A stretch of 63,959 nt of DNA, filler included, from Folioceros fuciformis (GCA_049999805.1; 7 parts of 7 records of this genome joined end to end with filler, not necessarily neighbours in it); one strand, 5' to 3'; counted from the first letter of the whole stretch, positions 33,982 through 45,487 are shown. Translations and numbers: made by a program. The notes: generated by a model not told the origin, from the letters alone.

Positions 33982-35423
33982 GGTGGACAACGATGCTCGC
34001 TTGTAAATCTAGTCTCTTGGCAGCCTCTCGGTCTTGTTCTGTACATGCATTTCACACAGTTCTTCTTCTGCCTCCAGGTTGTCTGACGGACGATTACGTG
34101 ACGCTGTTGCACTGGGAGCTGGACGATGTCGACGTTCTGATTGGAACCGTTCTTAACGGCCTTGTCACTTCTCGTTTTCTAATTCTTTACTCTCTACCTT
34201 TGATTGGCTTGATCGTCTGGTCCAACTTTGTCTTAGCAACGTTTCGGAAGCAAATTGCAGGAAGTTCGACTTTGAATCAGTGAAGCCTGTTCTGGACTTC
34301 CGGGGAAGGCAGCACCTGCAGGTGCTTCCGTTCACGGAGTCCTACATGTTATGTTATTATTGAAATGAACGAAGATCAATATTAGTCCATCGAAATTCCT
34401 GTTTCTAGTTTGTGTATTCCGTTTCATGTATCACTTAGTTCTGCGTGATTTTGTTTCGGTGGGTTCCATGACAAGGTAACGCTCAGTCGAGCTATCAGAG
34501 AGCGTGACCTCTCGGACCGAGGGGTCACGCTCTCTGCCAGCTGCTCAGCGTCCTAGCGTATCAGTTCTACCATCGCCTAGTTGCAACGACCTAGCTAAAC
34601 TGAGGTCACTCAACTCACTGCATCCAATACGCAGTTCGCAACAGGTGCAGGAGTTCTGACGTGGGACGAACGATCTAATCGACGAGTCGGTTTTGGTGTA
34701 CTCGCATCGTTCACGCGTTCCTGGTCTTGTCCTCCACGGCAGGGTTAACGGTAAATCTCTTGCAAGTATGCTGCGATTGGAAATGAAACGCGGACAATGA
34801 CTGCATCTGGGTATACATGTGCAATTGTGAAAGGCACGCCGTGTCTGTCCACGAGATCTTCAATCCGAGAATATGGCTGAAGTTAGTAACCAGGGCCTGC
34901 CACTTTGGACAACCATCCACGCCTAGGGCTAGTCTTGTTCCGAGTATATGCTTTGTTGGAGAGACATCATTTTGTAATCCTGTATGCTTGTATGATGACC
35001 GAGGTATAGTATAGTTCCCCAAGGCCTCAGTCTTACATTCTGTGATGCTATATGCTGACTTGAGGCTTGATGTGTTGGGTTGGAGTGGCTGACCCATCTC
35101 GCCTGAAGAGTTATCAGAGGCTGACCATCATTATTCGTTGAAGTGTACTGATACAGACTTTCTGAAATAGAGAGACTGCATTGCTTGCAACTCCCATAGC
35201 CTGCTGACCTGCAGCGACTGACTTGTGGTGATCAGTATTGGCCAGGGCCCTTCATCAAGGCAGGGAAACTGTTTGCGTGGATACTCATACCTTGCCGAGC
35301 ACGAACTATGATATGTTTTGTTCGCTCTGTCGGGCATTGAGGTACTTAGGAAGATCCTAAACCCATATCTCGTGGCCCACATGAGCACACCTGAAACACA
35401 ACTTTGACGGGCATTTACCAATT

Positions 35424-38400
35424 CTAAACTTGACCCGCGGCTTGACGTTGGGGTGTTCCACTCTTTGCTTCACTAATGGGATGCCTCTCACCACACAGAA
35501 ATCTGTGAACAAAACCGTCTACATCTGTCCACGAAGTTTCACCTGGCTGCTTCCATGCCTTTATTCTGATTCTTCTAGCCTGCGTCTCTTCTGCATGCAT
35601 CCACATTTGGGCACCGGAATATATGTTCCACATCAATACATATGCTGCCGCGTCGTCCTTGTCCAGTTTCACTGCCAGGTCGAACGCGTAGCGTCCTACT
35701 CTTACATTGTTCCACTTCCGACAAGCACCCAAGATCGTGTGCCACACTGTAGCATCAGGGAGTACAGGCATTCCCCTCACCACAGCCAGTGCCTCATCCA
35801 GTTGGCCTGCACGGCCCAGGAGATCCACCATGCATGTGTAGTGCTCCACTGCGGGAGTGATACCATACTGGACACTCATAGCCTCGAAATACTCTAGCCC
35901 CTTGGTTACTAGACCCGTATGACTGCATACCATCAGTACACTGAGGAACGTTATGCCATCTGGACTTACGTCATCTTCCTTCATTCTAAGAACCAACTTA
36001 AAGACCTCTTCACTGTCTCCTTGGTGGCTGTATCCGGCAATCAGTGCATTCCAGGCGACAAGGTTCCTCTCGGGCAATGCCTCAAACACCTGCTGGGCCT
36101 CAACAATGCTCCCGGACTTGCTGTACATGTTTATCAAACTGCCAGCCACAAACAGATCACCTTGAAGCTGTTGTGATTTGATCTGTTCATGTAGCTGCCT
36201 TCCCAGATGCAAAGCTGCAGCATTTGCACATGCGTGCAGGAGACACACAAATGTCATGGAATTGGGTACAGCAGTGCCGTCTTCTTTCATGGCACTGTAA
36301 AGACAAAGGGCTTCCTGGCCCATGCCCTGCTGAGAATACCCTGCTATCATGGCATTCCATGTCACCACATCCTTTTCAAGGAGTCCGTCAAAAACTTCCC
36401 GAGCATCCTTCAGGCTACCACACTTTGCATACATCTTTACCAAACTGTTAGCAACAAACACATCAGATTCATGTCCTCGTTCTGTGATCTCCACATGAAG
36501 CTGCCTCCCCATCTCCAACGCTGGAGAGCCCACACTCGCACACGCCTGCAGGAGAGACACAAATGTCACAGAATTGGGTAAGGTCATGCCATCTTGCTGC
36601 ATGACACTGTAAAAGCACAGAGCCTCAAAGCTTTTGCCCCGCTGGGAATAGCCAGTTATCATCGAATTCCACGTCACCACATCTTTTTGTCCCAGCCCAT
36701 CGAACACTCTCTGCGCATCCTCTAGGCTGCCACATTTTACGTACATGTTTACCAAACCGTTCACTACAAATGGATCAGGTTCATGTCCTAGGTCACTGAG
36801 TTGTGCATGGAGCTCCTTCCCTTTCACCAAACCTTTGGTGCCCAGACTTGCACACGCCTGCAAGAGGCACATGAAAGTTATTGAATTGGGTGCAGCAGTG
36901 CCATCCTCTTGCATAACACTGTAGAGATGAAGGGCATCCTCACCCATGCCTTGCTGGGACAAACCTGCTATCATGGCATTCCACGTCACCACATCCTTCA
37001 CATAAAGCCCGTCAAACACTCTCTGGGCATGTTCCAAGCTGCCACACTTTGCATACATATTCACCAAGCTACTGGCCACGAAAACATCTGCATCATGTCC
37101 TCGTTCTGTAATTTGCAGATGCAGCTGTTTCCCCTTTTCTAGACCTCGGGTGCCAACACTTGCGCATGCCTGCAGGAGCCACACAAACGTCACTGAATCT
37201 GGTACAGCACTCCCTTGTCCTAGCATCGCGCTGTACAGATGAAGGGCTTCCTGGACCAAGCCCTGCTGGGCATACCCTGCTATCAAGGCATTCCAGGTCA
37301 CTACATCCTTGTGACCAAGTCCGTCAAACACTTGCTGAGCGTCTGCCAAGCTACCACACTTGACGTACATCTTCACTAAATTGTTGGCTAGAAACTCGTC
37401 AGCTTGGTGTCCATGTTGTGCGATTTGTCTATGAAGCTCCTTCCCGTTTTCCAATGCTACGGTTCCCACCCTTGCACAAGCATGCAGAAGATGCGAAAAT
37501 GTTACAGAATTAGGTGTAGCCATGCCATCTTCTTGCATGACACTGTAAAGACTAAGAGCTTCCTGGTCCATGCCCTGCTGAGAGTAGGCACCTATCATGG
37601 TATTCCAAGTGACCACATCCTTTTTAGCTTGTCCATGAAACACTTCCTGAGCTTCCTCTAGGGACCCACACTTTGCATACATGTTCACCAAACTGCTTCC
37701 TAGAAGCACGTCATCTTGAAGCCCTTGTTCATTGATTTGTGCATGAAGCTGCTTCCCCTTCTCGAATGCTGGTTTGCCCACGCTTGCACATCCCTGGAGG
37801 AGGCAGACAAATGTCACAGAGTTCGGAGCAACGATATTTTCTTCTTCCATGGCAGTGTGCAGCCGAAGGGCTTCATGCCCCATGCCCAGCTGAGAATATC
37901 CGGCTATCAGGGTGCTCCATGTTACCACATCCTTTTTCGCAAGTCCATGGAACACCCTATGAGCATCCTCCAAGCAGCCACACTTTGTATACATGTTTAC
38001 CAAACTGTTGGCAACAAACACATCAGCTTGGAGTCCTCGTTCTCTAATTTGCACATGAAGGTGTCTCCCGGTTTCCAGAGCTGGAGTCCCCACACTTGCA
38101 CACGCCTGCAGGAGGCACACAAAGGTTGCAGGCTTCGGTAAAGTCATTCCTTTTTCTTCCATGACACGATAGAGATCAAGGGCCTCCTGTCCCATGCCCT
38201 GCTGTGAATATCCTGCTATCATCGCAGACCATGTTACCACATCCTTTTCACCAAGTCGGTGAAACAATCTGTAAGCATCTTCCAAGCTGCCGCACTTTAC
38301 ATACATGTCTATTAGAGTGTTGGCTACAAACACATCACCTTCAAGCCCTCGCTCTCGAAGCTGTGCATGAAGCTGTTTCCCCCTCTCCAGAGCCGGGTTG

Positions 38401-40520
38401 CCCACACTTGCACATGCCTGCAGAAGGCACACGATGGTCACAGGATCAGCTACAGCCAGACTACCTTCTTCCATGGCACTAAAAACACGAAGGGCTTCCA
38501 AACCCAGTCCCTCATGGGAATATCCTGCAATAAGAGCATTCCATGTGGCTACATCTTTCTGACCAAGTCCGTCAAACACTCTCTGAGCATCCTCGAGACA
38601 CACACACTTCGAATACATCTTCACCAAACTGCTAGCTATAAACACATCGCCTTCAAGCCCTTGCTCTCTAATTTGTGCATGAAGCTGCTTACCCTTATCC
38701 AAAGCTGCTGTGCCTACACTTGCACATGCTTGCAGGAGGCACACAAGCGTCACAGAATTGGGAGTTACTATCCCTTCCTCTTGCATACTCTTGTACAGAG
38801 ACAGGGCCTCGTGCCCCATCCCCTGCTGGGTATACCCTGCTATCATGGAACTCCACGTGACCACATTCTTCTCACGAAGTCCATCAAACACACTCCGGGC
38901 ATCCTCTAGACTGCCGCACTTTGCAAACATGTTCACCAAACTGTTGGCTACAAACACATCAGCTTGATGCCCTTGTTCTCTAATTTGCACCAACAGCTGC
39001 TTCCCTGTCTCCAAAGCAGGTGTGCCCACACTTGCACATGCCTGCAGAAGGCACACAAAGGTCACAGAATCGGGAACAGCCATGTCATCTTCTTGCATAG
39101 CTTTGTACAGAACAAGGGCTGCCTGCCCCAAGCCCTGCTGGGCATATCCTGCTATCATCGCACTCCAGGTAACTACGTCTTTTCGAGCAAGTCCGTCGAA
39201 CACTCTCCGAGCATCCCCGAGACTACCACACTTTGCATACATATTCACCAAACTATTGGCTACAGACACCTCAGCTTGATGTCCACGTTCCCTAATCTGT
39301 TCATGGAGCTGCTTCCCCTTCCCCAAAGCTGGGGTGCCAACCCGTGCACATGCTTGCAGGAGGCAGACAAATGTCACAGAGTTGGGGACAGCAATCCCTT
39401 GTTCTTGCATCACACTGTAGAGCCGAAGGGCTTCCTTCCCCATTCCTTGCTGAGAGTATCCAGATATCATGGCTGTCCAGGTCACCACGTCCTTGTCACC
39501 AAGTCCGTCAAAAACTCTCTGAGCGTCTTCCAAGCTGCCACACTTTGCATACATGTCCACCAAGCAATTACAAACAAACAAATCAGGCTCAAGCCCACTG
39601 GCCAAGATATCAGCATGCACCTGCTGCCCAGCTCTCAGGTCCCTTCCCCTTGCACAGGCCTGAAGTGCTGCCACGAACAGATGACCATCTGGCTTCACAC
39701 TGGACCTGCGCATCCGTTGATATAGCTGCAAGGCCTGCTTGTCTTGTCCATGTCTAACATGTGCAGAGATTATGGAAGACCAGATGAAGGCATCTGGTTC
39801 AGCAACCGTGGTGAACACATCCATCGCGTCTTGCAACCTGCCGAACGAAGCATACATTCGCAGAATGTGGTTGCTCAGGAACGTGTCCGACTGATACCCC
39901 TTGTCCATCGTCAAACCATGCACCCGACGACCCAGAACAAGATTCTTCTTCAACACACATTTCTTAAATACAGTATAAAACAGAGACTTGGGAACACAGG
40001 AGTCTGTCCGCACCAGAACTTCCAGAGCCTCAACAGCCTCAGTGAGCAGGCCCTCATGACATAGCTTGCTCACAGTTTCAGCCATCACAATCCTATCGTA
40101 TCCTGCAGGCCTGAGATTGTCCCAACCGTCGGGCAAGCTAGATTTGGGCTTAGGGACCTCACGACCCATATGCACATCCCAAGCAGCAAGCTTCGACTTC
40201 ACCCAGGCTGGTTTGTAGAGGTGATGCAGCCAGAGCCCCTCATGGGATTCTCTGTGCCGGAAGTCAGGCAAACGCTTACTTTTCTTAGCATGCCTGTTAT
40301 CCCACCACAGTGTTGGGTCCCGAAAGAATTGTCCCCACAATAGCTCCTGCTGACGAACCTGGCTGGCAGGTCCGCCTCCATCCACCCATCCTGTTGGATG
40401 AGCTGCCTGTCCGGCTAAAGGCCCCCATCTTTCGGCTGGCTCGCTTGGCAAAGCTCGCTTCCTTGAAGTCAATTGAGAAGGAGCCCTTCCAAAAGTGCCT
40501 GCTGATTTCCGGACAGCCAT
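35424..40520 (-). CDS. Very long PLS-class PPR protein (~13 P-L-S triplets, E1-E2, truncated E+, no DYW) with an N-terminal OSB-type PDF motif
   Basis: Intact ~1700-aa intronless ORF. Repeated VVTWxAMIxGY / VTFVCLLQACA / NSLVNMYAKCGS, then HYTCMVDLLGRAG and WHTILGACRKW...KQPGETSW. N-terminal WGQFFRDPTLWWDNRHAKKSKRLPDFRHRESHEGLWL. The start codon is uncertain. Confidence 0.93.
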   Translation of the reverse strand: MAVRKSAGTFGRAPSQLTSRKRALPSEPAERWGPLAGQAAHPTGWVDGGGPASQVRQQELLWGQFFRDPTLWWDNRHAKKSKRLPDFRHRESHEGLWLHHLYKPAWVKSKLAAWDVHMGREVPKPKSSLPDGWDNLRPAGYDRIVMAETVSKLCHEGLLTEAVEALEVLVRTDSCVPKSLFYTVFKKCVLKKNLVLGRRVHGLTMDKGYQSDTFLSNHILRMYASFGRLQDAMDVFTTVAEPDAFIWSSIISAHVRHGQDKQALQLYQRMRRSSVKPDGHLFVAALQACARGRDLRAGQQVHADILASGLEPDLFVCNCLVDMYAKCGSLEDAQRVFDGLGDKDVVTWTAMISGYSQQGMGKEALRLYSVMQEQGIAVPNSVTFVCLLQACARVGTPALGKGKQLHEQIRERGHQAEVSVANSLVNMYAKCGSLGDARRVFDGLARKDVVTWSAMIAGYAQQGLGQAALVLYKAMQEDDMAVPDSVTFVCLLQACASVGTPALETGKQLLVQIREQGHQADVFVANSLVNMFAKCGSLEDARSVFDGLREKNVVTWSSMIAGYTQQGMGHEALSLYKSMQEEGIVTPNSVTLVCLLQACASVGTAALDKGKQLHAQIREQGLEGDVFIASSLVKMYSKCVCLEDAQRVFDGLGQKDVATWNALIAGYSHEGLGLEALRVFSAMEEGSLAVADPVTIVCLLQACASVGNPALERGKQLHAQLRERGLEGDVFVANTLIDMYVKCGSLEDAYRLFHRLGEKDVVTWSAMIAGYSQQGMGQEALDLYRVMEEKGMTLPKPATFVCLLQACASVGTPALETGRHLHVQIRERGLQADVFVANSLVNMYTKCGCLEDAHRVFHGLAKKDVVTWSTLIAGYSQLGMGHEALRLHTAMEEENIVAPNSVTFVCLLQGCASVGKPAFEKGKQLHAQINEQGLQDDVLLGSSLVNMYAKCGSLEEAQEVFHGQAKKDVVTWNTMIGAYSQQGMDQEALSLYSVMQEDGMATPNSVTFSHLLHACARVGTVALENGKELHRQIAQHGHQADEFLANNLVKMYVKCGSLADAQQVFDGLGHKDVVTWNALIAGYAQQGLVQEALHLYSAMLGQGSAVPDSVTFVWLLQACASVGTRGLEKGKQLHLQITERGHDADVFVASSLVNMYAKCGSLEHAQRVFDGLYVKDVVTWNAMIAGLSQQGMGEDALHLYSVMQEDGTAAPNSITFMCLLQACASLGTKGLVKGKELHAQLSDLGHEPDPFVVNGLVNMYVKCGSLEDAQRVFDGLGQKDVVTWNSMITGYSQRGKSFEALCFYSVMQQDGMTLPNSVTFVSLLQACASVGSPALEMGRQLHVEITERGHESDVFVANSLVKMYAKCGSLKDAREVFDGLLEKDVVTWNAMIAGYSQQGMGQEALCLYSAMKEDGTAVPNSMTFVCLLHACANAAALHLGRQLHEQIKSQQLQGDLFVAGSLINMYSKSGSIVEAQQVFEALPERNLVAWNALIAGYSHQGDSEEVFKLVLRMKEDDVSPDGITFLSVLMVCSHTGLVTKGLEYFEAMSVQYGITPAVEHYTCMVDLLGRAGQLDEALAVVRGMPVLPDATVWHTILGACRKWNNVRVGRYAFDLAVKLDKDDAAAYVLMWNIYSGAQMWMHAEETQARRIRIKAWKQPGETSWTDVDGFVHRFLCGERHPISEAKSGTPQRQAAGQV

Positions 40521-41693
40521 GGGCACGCGTTACGCTTACGATTCCGAGAGACATTGATCCGTCGCTACGCAATACAGCAGCAAATGGAAGAATCTACACC
40601 TGGAGTACCCAGGTGACTCAAATTGATTCTGAGAACGGGCATGCAGTCATGGTTCACCAGTTAATCTCGGTAACCTGATGTCAGCCTCGTAGCTGGAGGA
40701 CAGGCAACCTATGCACCTGTAGGTACGGATTGGTTGTGTCAACGGGCGGGCGAGGTTTTCGTTCAATCTCGTTGAGTTCTATTCAACCGAGTTTGCGGGC
40801 GACACATGCTAGTTTCTTTTGGATAATTTAGGACGGGTGGCCATATCCTGTTTTTTCAGGGAAGGGAATGCAAAGCAGATCACCCGCATGCATGGTGACC
40901 CGCTTTCTGCAGAGATGGAAACAAGAACAGCCGCTGGACCATTTCCCGCTCACGGTGATTAGAAAGTCGACTTCCTGCCCGCATCCAGTAAATCAGGCTC
41001 CGCTCACTACCTATGTCCTAACCAGTCGCATTGTTGCTGCACATCCACTTGTTGGCCCGGTACACATTCCAGGCTGCACTTCAGTTCAAATACAGAAACA
41101 GCAAAAAAGCAGAGAAAGCAAGCTTCCTACTGTCCCCAATTGCTCACTCCTTCCCACTTTCCGCACACGCGCACAAGCCTCAAATTGCGCACTTCATGCT
41201 GCGTTGCTGCTGGTTATCCGGATCACCCGGGTCTGGCCAAAAGGCCAAATTGGCATTCCTGCGATTGAACAAGCAACCGATCAGATTCGACAGAACATGT
41301 TGCCTCCAAGGATCACAATGAAGATCCATCATAGAATACCTAGAGGGTGCTGAAGCGCAATACAGACATGAGGCAACCCTGCAAGGGTTTAGGGTTGGGT
41401 CAGGAATGGCGTCATGCATATTGCAGGCTGAAACCTGGCCTGAGACGGAACATGATCTCCGACTTCTCCGTTTTCAGCTTTATCTGCGCCTGCTTCATAC
41501 AACGAAAACTAAGGATGCCGGAAGATCCCACCTCCTGGCCCGCAAAGGCGACGTCTCATGATCATGTGCTTGTAGCCCTTCATGGGACGACTCGAATGGA
41601 ACTATGCAGGGGACAGAGAGTGCCGTTTGAGGAAATACAGCAGAGTACGCGAATGTCGTTAACCAGACATGGCTACACTATTCGAGAGACACT

Positions 41694-44486
41694 CTACCGG
41701 CAAGGCTCGAATTTGGGGATGCTTTTAACCCCAACCAGAAAACTATGCACCAGCCCATCCAGGTCCGTCCACCAGCTCTGGCCAGGTTGCTTCCAGGCCC
41801 TGACACCTATTCTCCTTGCCTGCATATCCTGCGCCTGCCCCCACATCTCGGTACCGGTGAATATGTTCGACATGAGCACATACGCTGCATCATCCTTCAT
41901 GTCCAGCTTCAGTACTTGGTCGAAGGCATGACGTCCCACCTCCAGGTCCCTCCACTTTTGACAAGCACCTAGTAGAGAATGCCAAACTGCAGCATCGGGG
42001 AGTACAGGCATTGCCTTTACCAAAGCTAGGGCCTCGTCCAGTAGGCCTGCACGGCCCAGGAGATCCACCATGCATGTGTAGTGCTCCACAGTTGGGTCAA
42101 CGCCATAGTCACTGCTCATGCCGTCAAAGTATTCGCGACCCTTTCTCACCAGACCCGTATGACTGCATACCGTGAGTAGACTGAGAAAGGTGATGCCATC
42201 TGGTTGTATGCCATCGCCTCTCATTCTGTCAACCAAATCGAAGACCACTGCACTGTCCCCCTGCCGGCTGTATCCTGCAATCAGCGCATTCCACGTGATA
42301 ACATCTCTTTCAGGCATCGCGTCAAAGACTTTCTGTGCTTCAGCCATGCTCCCTGACTTCCCATACATGTTTATCAAACTTCGGGCTACATACTCATCAG
42401 CTTGGAGCCCTTGTTCTTCAATCCGTGCATGTAACTGCCTTCCCACATACAATGCCGCCACACTTGCGCACGCCTGCAAGAGGCATGCAAATGTGACAGA
42501 ATCGGGCACAGCAAGGCCTTCCTCTTGCATTGCACTGTAGAGCTCAAGTGCTTCCTGCCCCATTCTCTGCTGCGAATACTGGGTAATCATAGCATTCCAT
42601 GTCCCCACATCTTTTCGAACTAGTCCATCGAACAGTTTTTGCGCATCTCCTAGGCTGCCACACTTTGCATACATGTTTACCAAACTGTTGGCTATCACCC
42701 CATCAGCTTGGTGCCCTTGCTCTCTAATCCGCTTGTGAAGCTTGATCCCCGTCTCTAAAGCGGCGTTCCCAAGATTTGCGCATACCTGAAGTACACAGAG
42801 AAACGTCACGACATTGGGTAAGGCCGTGTCATCTTCTTGCATAGCACTGTAGACACGCAGGGCTTCCAAGCCCTTGCCATTCTGCGAATACCCTGCAATC
42901 ATCACATTCCACGTCACAACATCTTTATTTGCAAGTCCATCGAACACTGTCTGGGCATCCTCCAGGCTGCCACATTTTGCATACATATTCACTAAACTGT
43001 TCACCACAACCACGTCAGCTTGATGTCCTCGGTCCCTAATTTGTGCATGAAGCTCTTTGCCCGTCTCCAGAGCAGCAGTGCCCAAACTTGAACATGCCTG
43101 CAAGAGGCACACAAAAGTAACAGAATTCGCTGCAGGTGCGCCATCTTCTTCCATGACGCTGTATAGATGAAGTGCTTCCTGCCCCTTGCCCTGCTGCGAA
43201 TACCCTGCTATCATTGCATTCCATGTCACAACGTCTTTGTCCTCTAGTGCATCGAATAGTTTCTGGGCCTCTTCCAAGCTGCCACACTTGGCATACATGT
43301 TCACCAAGCTGCTGGCTACAAACAGATCATCATGGTGTCCTCTTTCTCTGATTTGCACATGAAGCTGCTTGCCCTTCTCCAAAGCTGGGGTGCCCACCGT
43401 TGCGCATGCCTGCAGAAGACATACAAAAGTAACAGAATCCGGCGGAACATTCCCTTCCACTTGCATATTATTGTAGAGAAGAAGGGCTTCGTGGCCCATG
43501 CCCTGCTGGGAGTACAATGCTATCATGGCATTCCATGTCATCACGTCTTTTTCACCAACTCCCTCAAACACACTTTGAGCATCTTCCAAGCTGCCACACT
43601 TTGCATACATCTTCACCAGACTGCTGAATACAAACGCATCAACTTGGTGTCCTTGTTCCACGAGTTGTGTATGAAGCTGCTTTCCCTTCTCCAATCCCTG
43701 GGAGCCCATGCATGCACATGCCTGGAGGAGGCAGACAAATGTCACAGAATCAGGGATTGCTATGGCATTTCCTTGCATAGCACTGTAGAGCTTTAGGGCT
43801 TCCTGGCCCATGCCCTGCTGGGAAAACCCTGCTGTGAGAGCAGTCCAAGAAACTGGATCTCTATGTCCGAGTCCGTCAAACAATCTTTGTGCATCCTCCA
43901 GGCAGACACAGTTGGCATACATCTTCAGCAAACTGCGGGCTACACTATCATCAACTTGAAGACCTTGTTCTCTGATTTGTGCATGAAGCTGCTTCCCTAT
44001 CTCTAACGCTGGAGTACCAACAGTTGCACATGCCTGAAGGAGGCACACAAACGTCACGGAATTGGGTGCAACGATGCCTTCTTCATGCATAGCGCTGTAA
44101 AGACTAAGGGCTTCCTGCCCCATGCCCTTCTGGGAATATCCAGCTATTATGGCACTCCACGTCACCACATTCTTGTCACAGAGTCCGTCAAACACAAAGC
44201 GGGCATCCTCTATGCTGCCACACTTCGTATACATGTTCACCAAGCTGTTCGCTACAAACACATCACCTTGATGTCCTTGCTCTCTAATCTGCTCATGCAG
44301 TCGCTTCCCCATCTCCAAAGCTGGGGTGCCCACGCTTGCACAAGCCTGCAGGAGACTAACAAATGTCACAGAGTTGGGGACAGCAACGCCTTCGTTGTGC
44401 ATACCATTGTAGAGATCAAGAGCTTCCTGCCCCATGCCCTGCTGGGCATATCCTGCAATCAGAGCTGTCCAGGTAACCACATCTTT
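41694..44486 (-). CDS. PLS-class PPR-E protein, tandem paralog, 5'-partial (runs into the gap)
   Basis: Open frame of at least 928 aa with 8 visible triplets, E1/E2 and KQPGQSWW...VHSFLVG. No DYW domain. Confidence 0.92.
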   Translation of the reverse strand, partial: KDVVTWTALIAGYAQQGMGQEALDLYNGMHNEGVAVPNSVTFVSLLQACASVGTPALEMGKRLHEQIREQGHQGDVFVANSLVNMYTKCGSIEDARFVFDGLCDKNVVTWSAIIAGYSQKGMGQEALSLYSAMHEEGIVAPNSVTFVCLLQACATVGTPALEIGKQLHAQIREQGLQVDDSVARSLLKMYANCVCLEDAQRLFDGLGHRDPVSWTALTAGFSQQGMGQEALKLYSAMQGNAIAIPDSVTFVCLLQACACMGSQGLEKGKQLHTQLVEQGHQVDAFVFSSLVKMYAKCGSLEDAQSVFEGVGEKDVMTWNAMIALYSQQGMGHEALLLYNNMQVEGNVPPDSVTFVCLLQACATVGTPALEKGKQLHVQIRERGHHDDLFVASSLVNMYAKCGSLEEAQKLFDALEDKDVVTWNAMIAGYSQQGKGQEALHLYSVMEEDGAPAANSVTFVCLLQACSSLGTAALETGKELHAQIRDRGHQADVVVVNSLVNMYAKCGSLEDAQTVFDGLANKDVVTWNVMIAGYSQNGKGLEALRVYSAMQEDDTALPNVVTFLCVLQVCANLGNAALETGIKLHKRIREQGHQADGVIANSLVNMYAKCGSLGDAQKLFDGLVRKDVGTWNAMITQYSQQRMGQEALELYSAMQEEGLAVPDSVTFACLLQACASVAALYVGRQLHARIEEQGLQADEYVARSLINMYGKSGSMAEAQKVFDAMPERDVITWNALIAGYSRQGDSAVVFDLVDRMRGDGIQPDGITFLSLLTVCSHTGLVRKGREYFDGMSSDYGVDPTVEHYTCMVDLLGRAGLLDEALALVKAMPVLPDAAVWHSLLGACQKWRDLEVGRHAFDQVLKLDMKDDAAYVLMSNIFTGTEMWGQAQDMQARRIGVRAWKQPGQSWWTDLDGLVHSFLVGVKSIPKFEPCR

Positions 44487-44586
44487 NNNNNNNNNNNNNN
44501 NNNNNNNNNNNNNNNNNNNNNNNNNNNNNNTTAATTAATTAANNNNNNNNNNNNNNNNNNNNNNNNNNNNNNNNNNNNNNNNNNNN
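44487..44586. other. Artificial contig spacer
   Basis: N44-TTAATTAATTAA-N44. Confidence 0.98.
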
Positions 44587-44891
44587 CAAGCTCGGACACT
44601 CATGAGCATGAGGTAGACCACTCTCCTATGAAGATAAATTGGCCTTTAAGGGGGAGGTTGTAGGGTTATTAAAGCCCAATGTGCTTAGACTAATGTGTTT
44701 AGTCTAAGATTAGTGTCTAGTTAAGTATCATTAGTTCATATTAGCTTAAGCTAATCTGTAGGAAGCTTCTTGCGCAGCTTCCTAGGGAGCTCTTCTAGAG
44801 GGTATAAATACCCCCTTGAGCTCCCTTGCATATTGAGACCTTTTGTGAGGGTGTGTCCTCTCCTTCACCATGCTCCTCTAGCCATCCTTTA
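44587..44891 (+). mobile_element. 3' end (PPT + LTR 44659-44891) of a copia B-family copy
   Basis: PPT aagggggagg followed by tgtagggttattaaagcccaatg..., matching the copia B LTR. Confidence 0.9.
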
Positions 44892-45487
44892 GGAAGATTG
44901 CTATAAGATTGCTGGAAGATTCACTGAGAAATTGTTGAGAAAGATTGCTGAGGGTTGGACGAGATTGCTAGGGAATTTCTTAGGAATCCTTGGATGTTTG
45001 TGGAGCACTATGGAAGGTTGCTGTAAGATTGCTGGAGAGTTGGGAACATTGCTGGAGAACTGAAGAGAAAACGGTTGAGAAGTTGCTGAAGAATGGAGAT
45101 TTCTGAGATGAGGATTTCTGTGAGATTTCGAAGTGTTTGTGAGTGGCTGTGGGAGCTTGTTGAAACCCATGAGGGACTGTGAAGGATTGTGAAGGATTTG
45201 CTGGAGATTTAGAAACATTGCTAGAGATTGAGACCCTTGGGGGTAGGCCTTTCAAAATAACCATGAACCAGAGCTCTTGTGTGTGATTTGCATGTGTGTG
45301 GAGTGTTGTATGAGTGTGTGGGGAGGTGTGGCTGATCCGCAAGGCTTTGTTCCCCAAGGATCAGCCCTTGCATGTGTGAGGAGCATCTAATAATCCAGAT
45401 TTGTGAGTCTGGAATCCCTGGAGTAGAAACCCGTGGGTGGAAACCTTCGGCGGCGCCTGCGCTAGAATTAATTAATTAGGGTTTGGG

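Noticed and set aside
34496-34556. Helitron 3' end (hairpin followed by CTAG)
   Set aside because: The hairpin is much longer than typical, the CTAG is followed by C rather than T, and no 5' TC end or Rep/helicase is evident.
34700-35423. DYW deaminase domain downstream of the PPR genes (also checked 40700-41693)
   Set aside because: No HSE/HAE, CxxCH or terminal DYW-like motif was found in the listed minus-strand ORFs.
35430-44534. Many plus-strand ORFs overlapping the PPR genes
   Set aside because: They are antisense shadows of the repetitive PPR coding strand.
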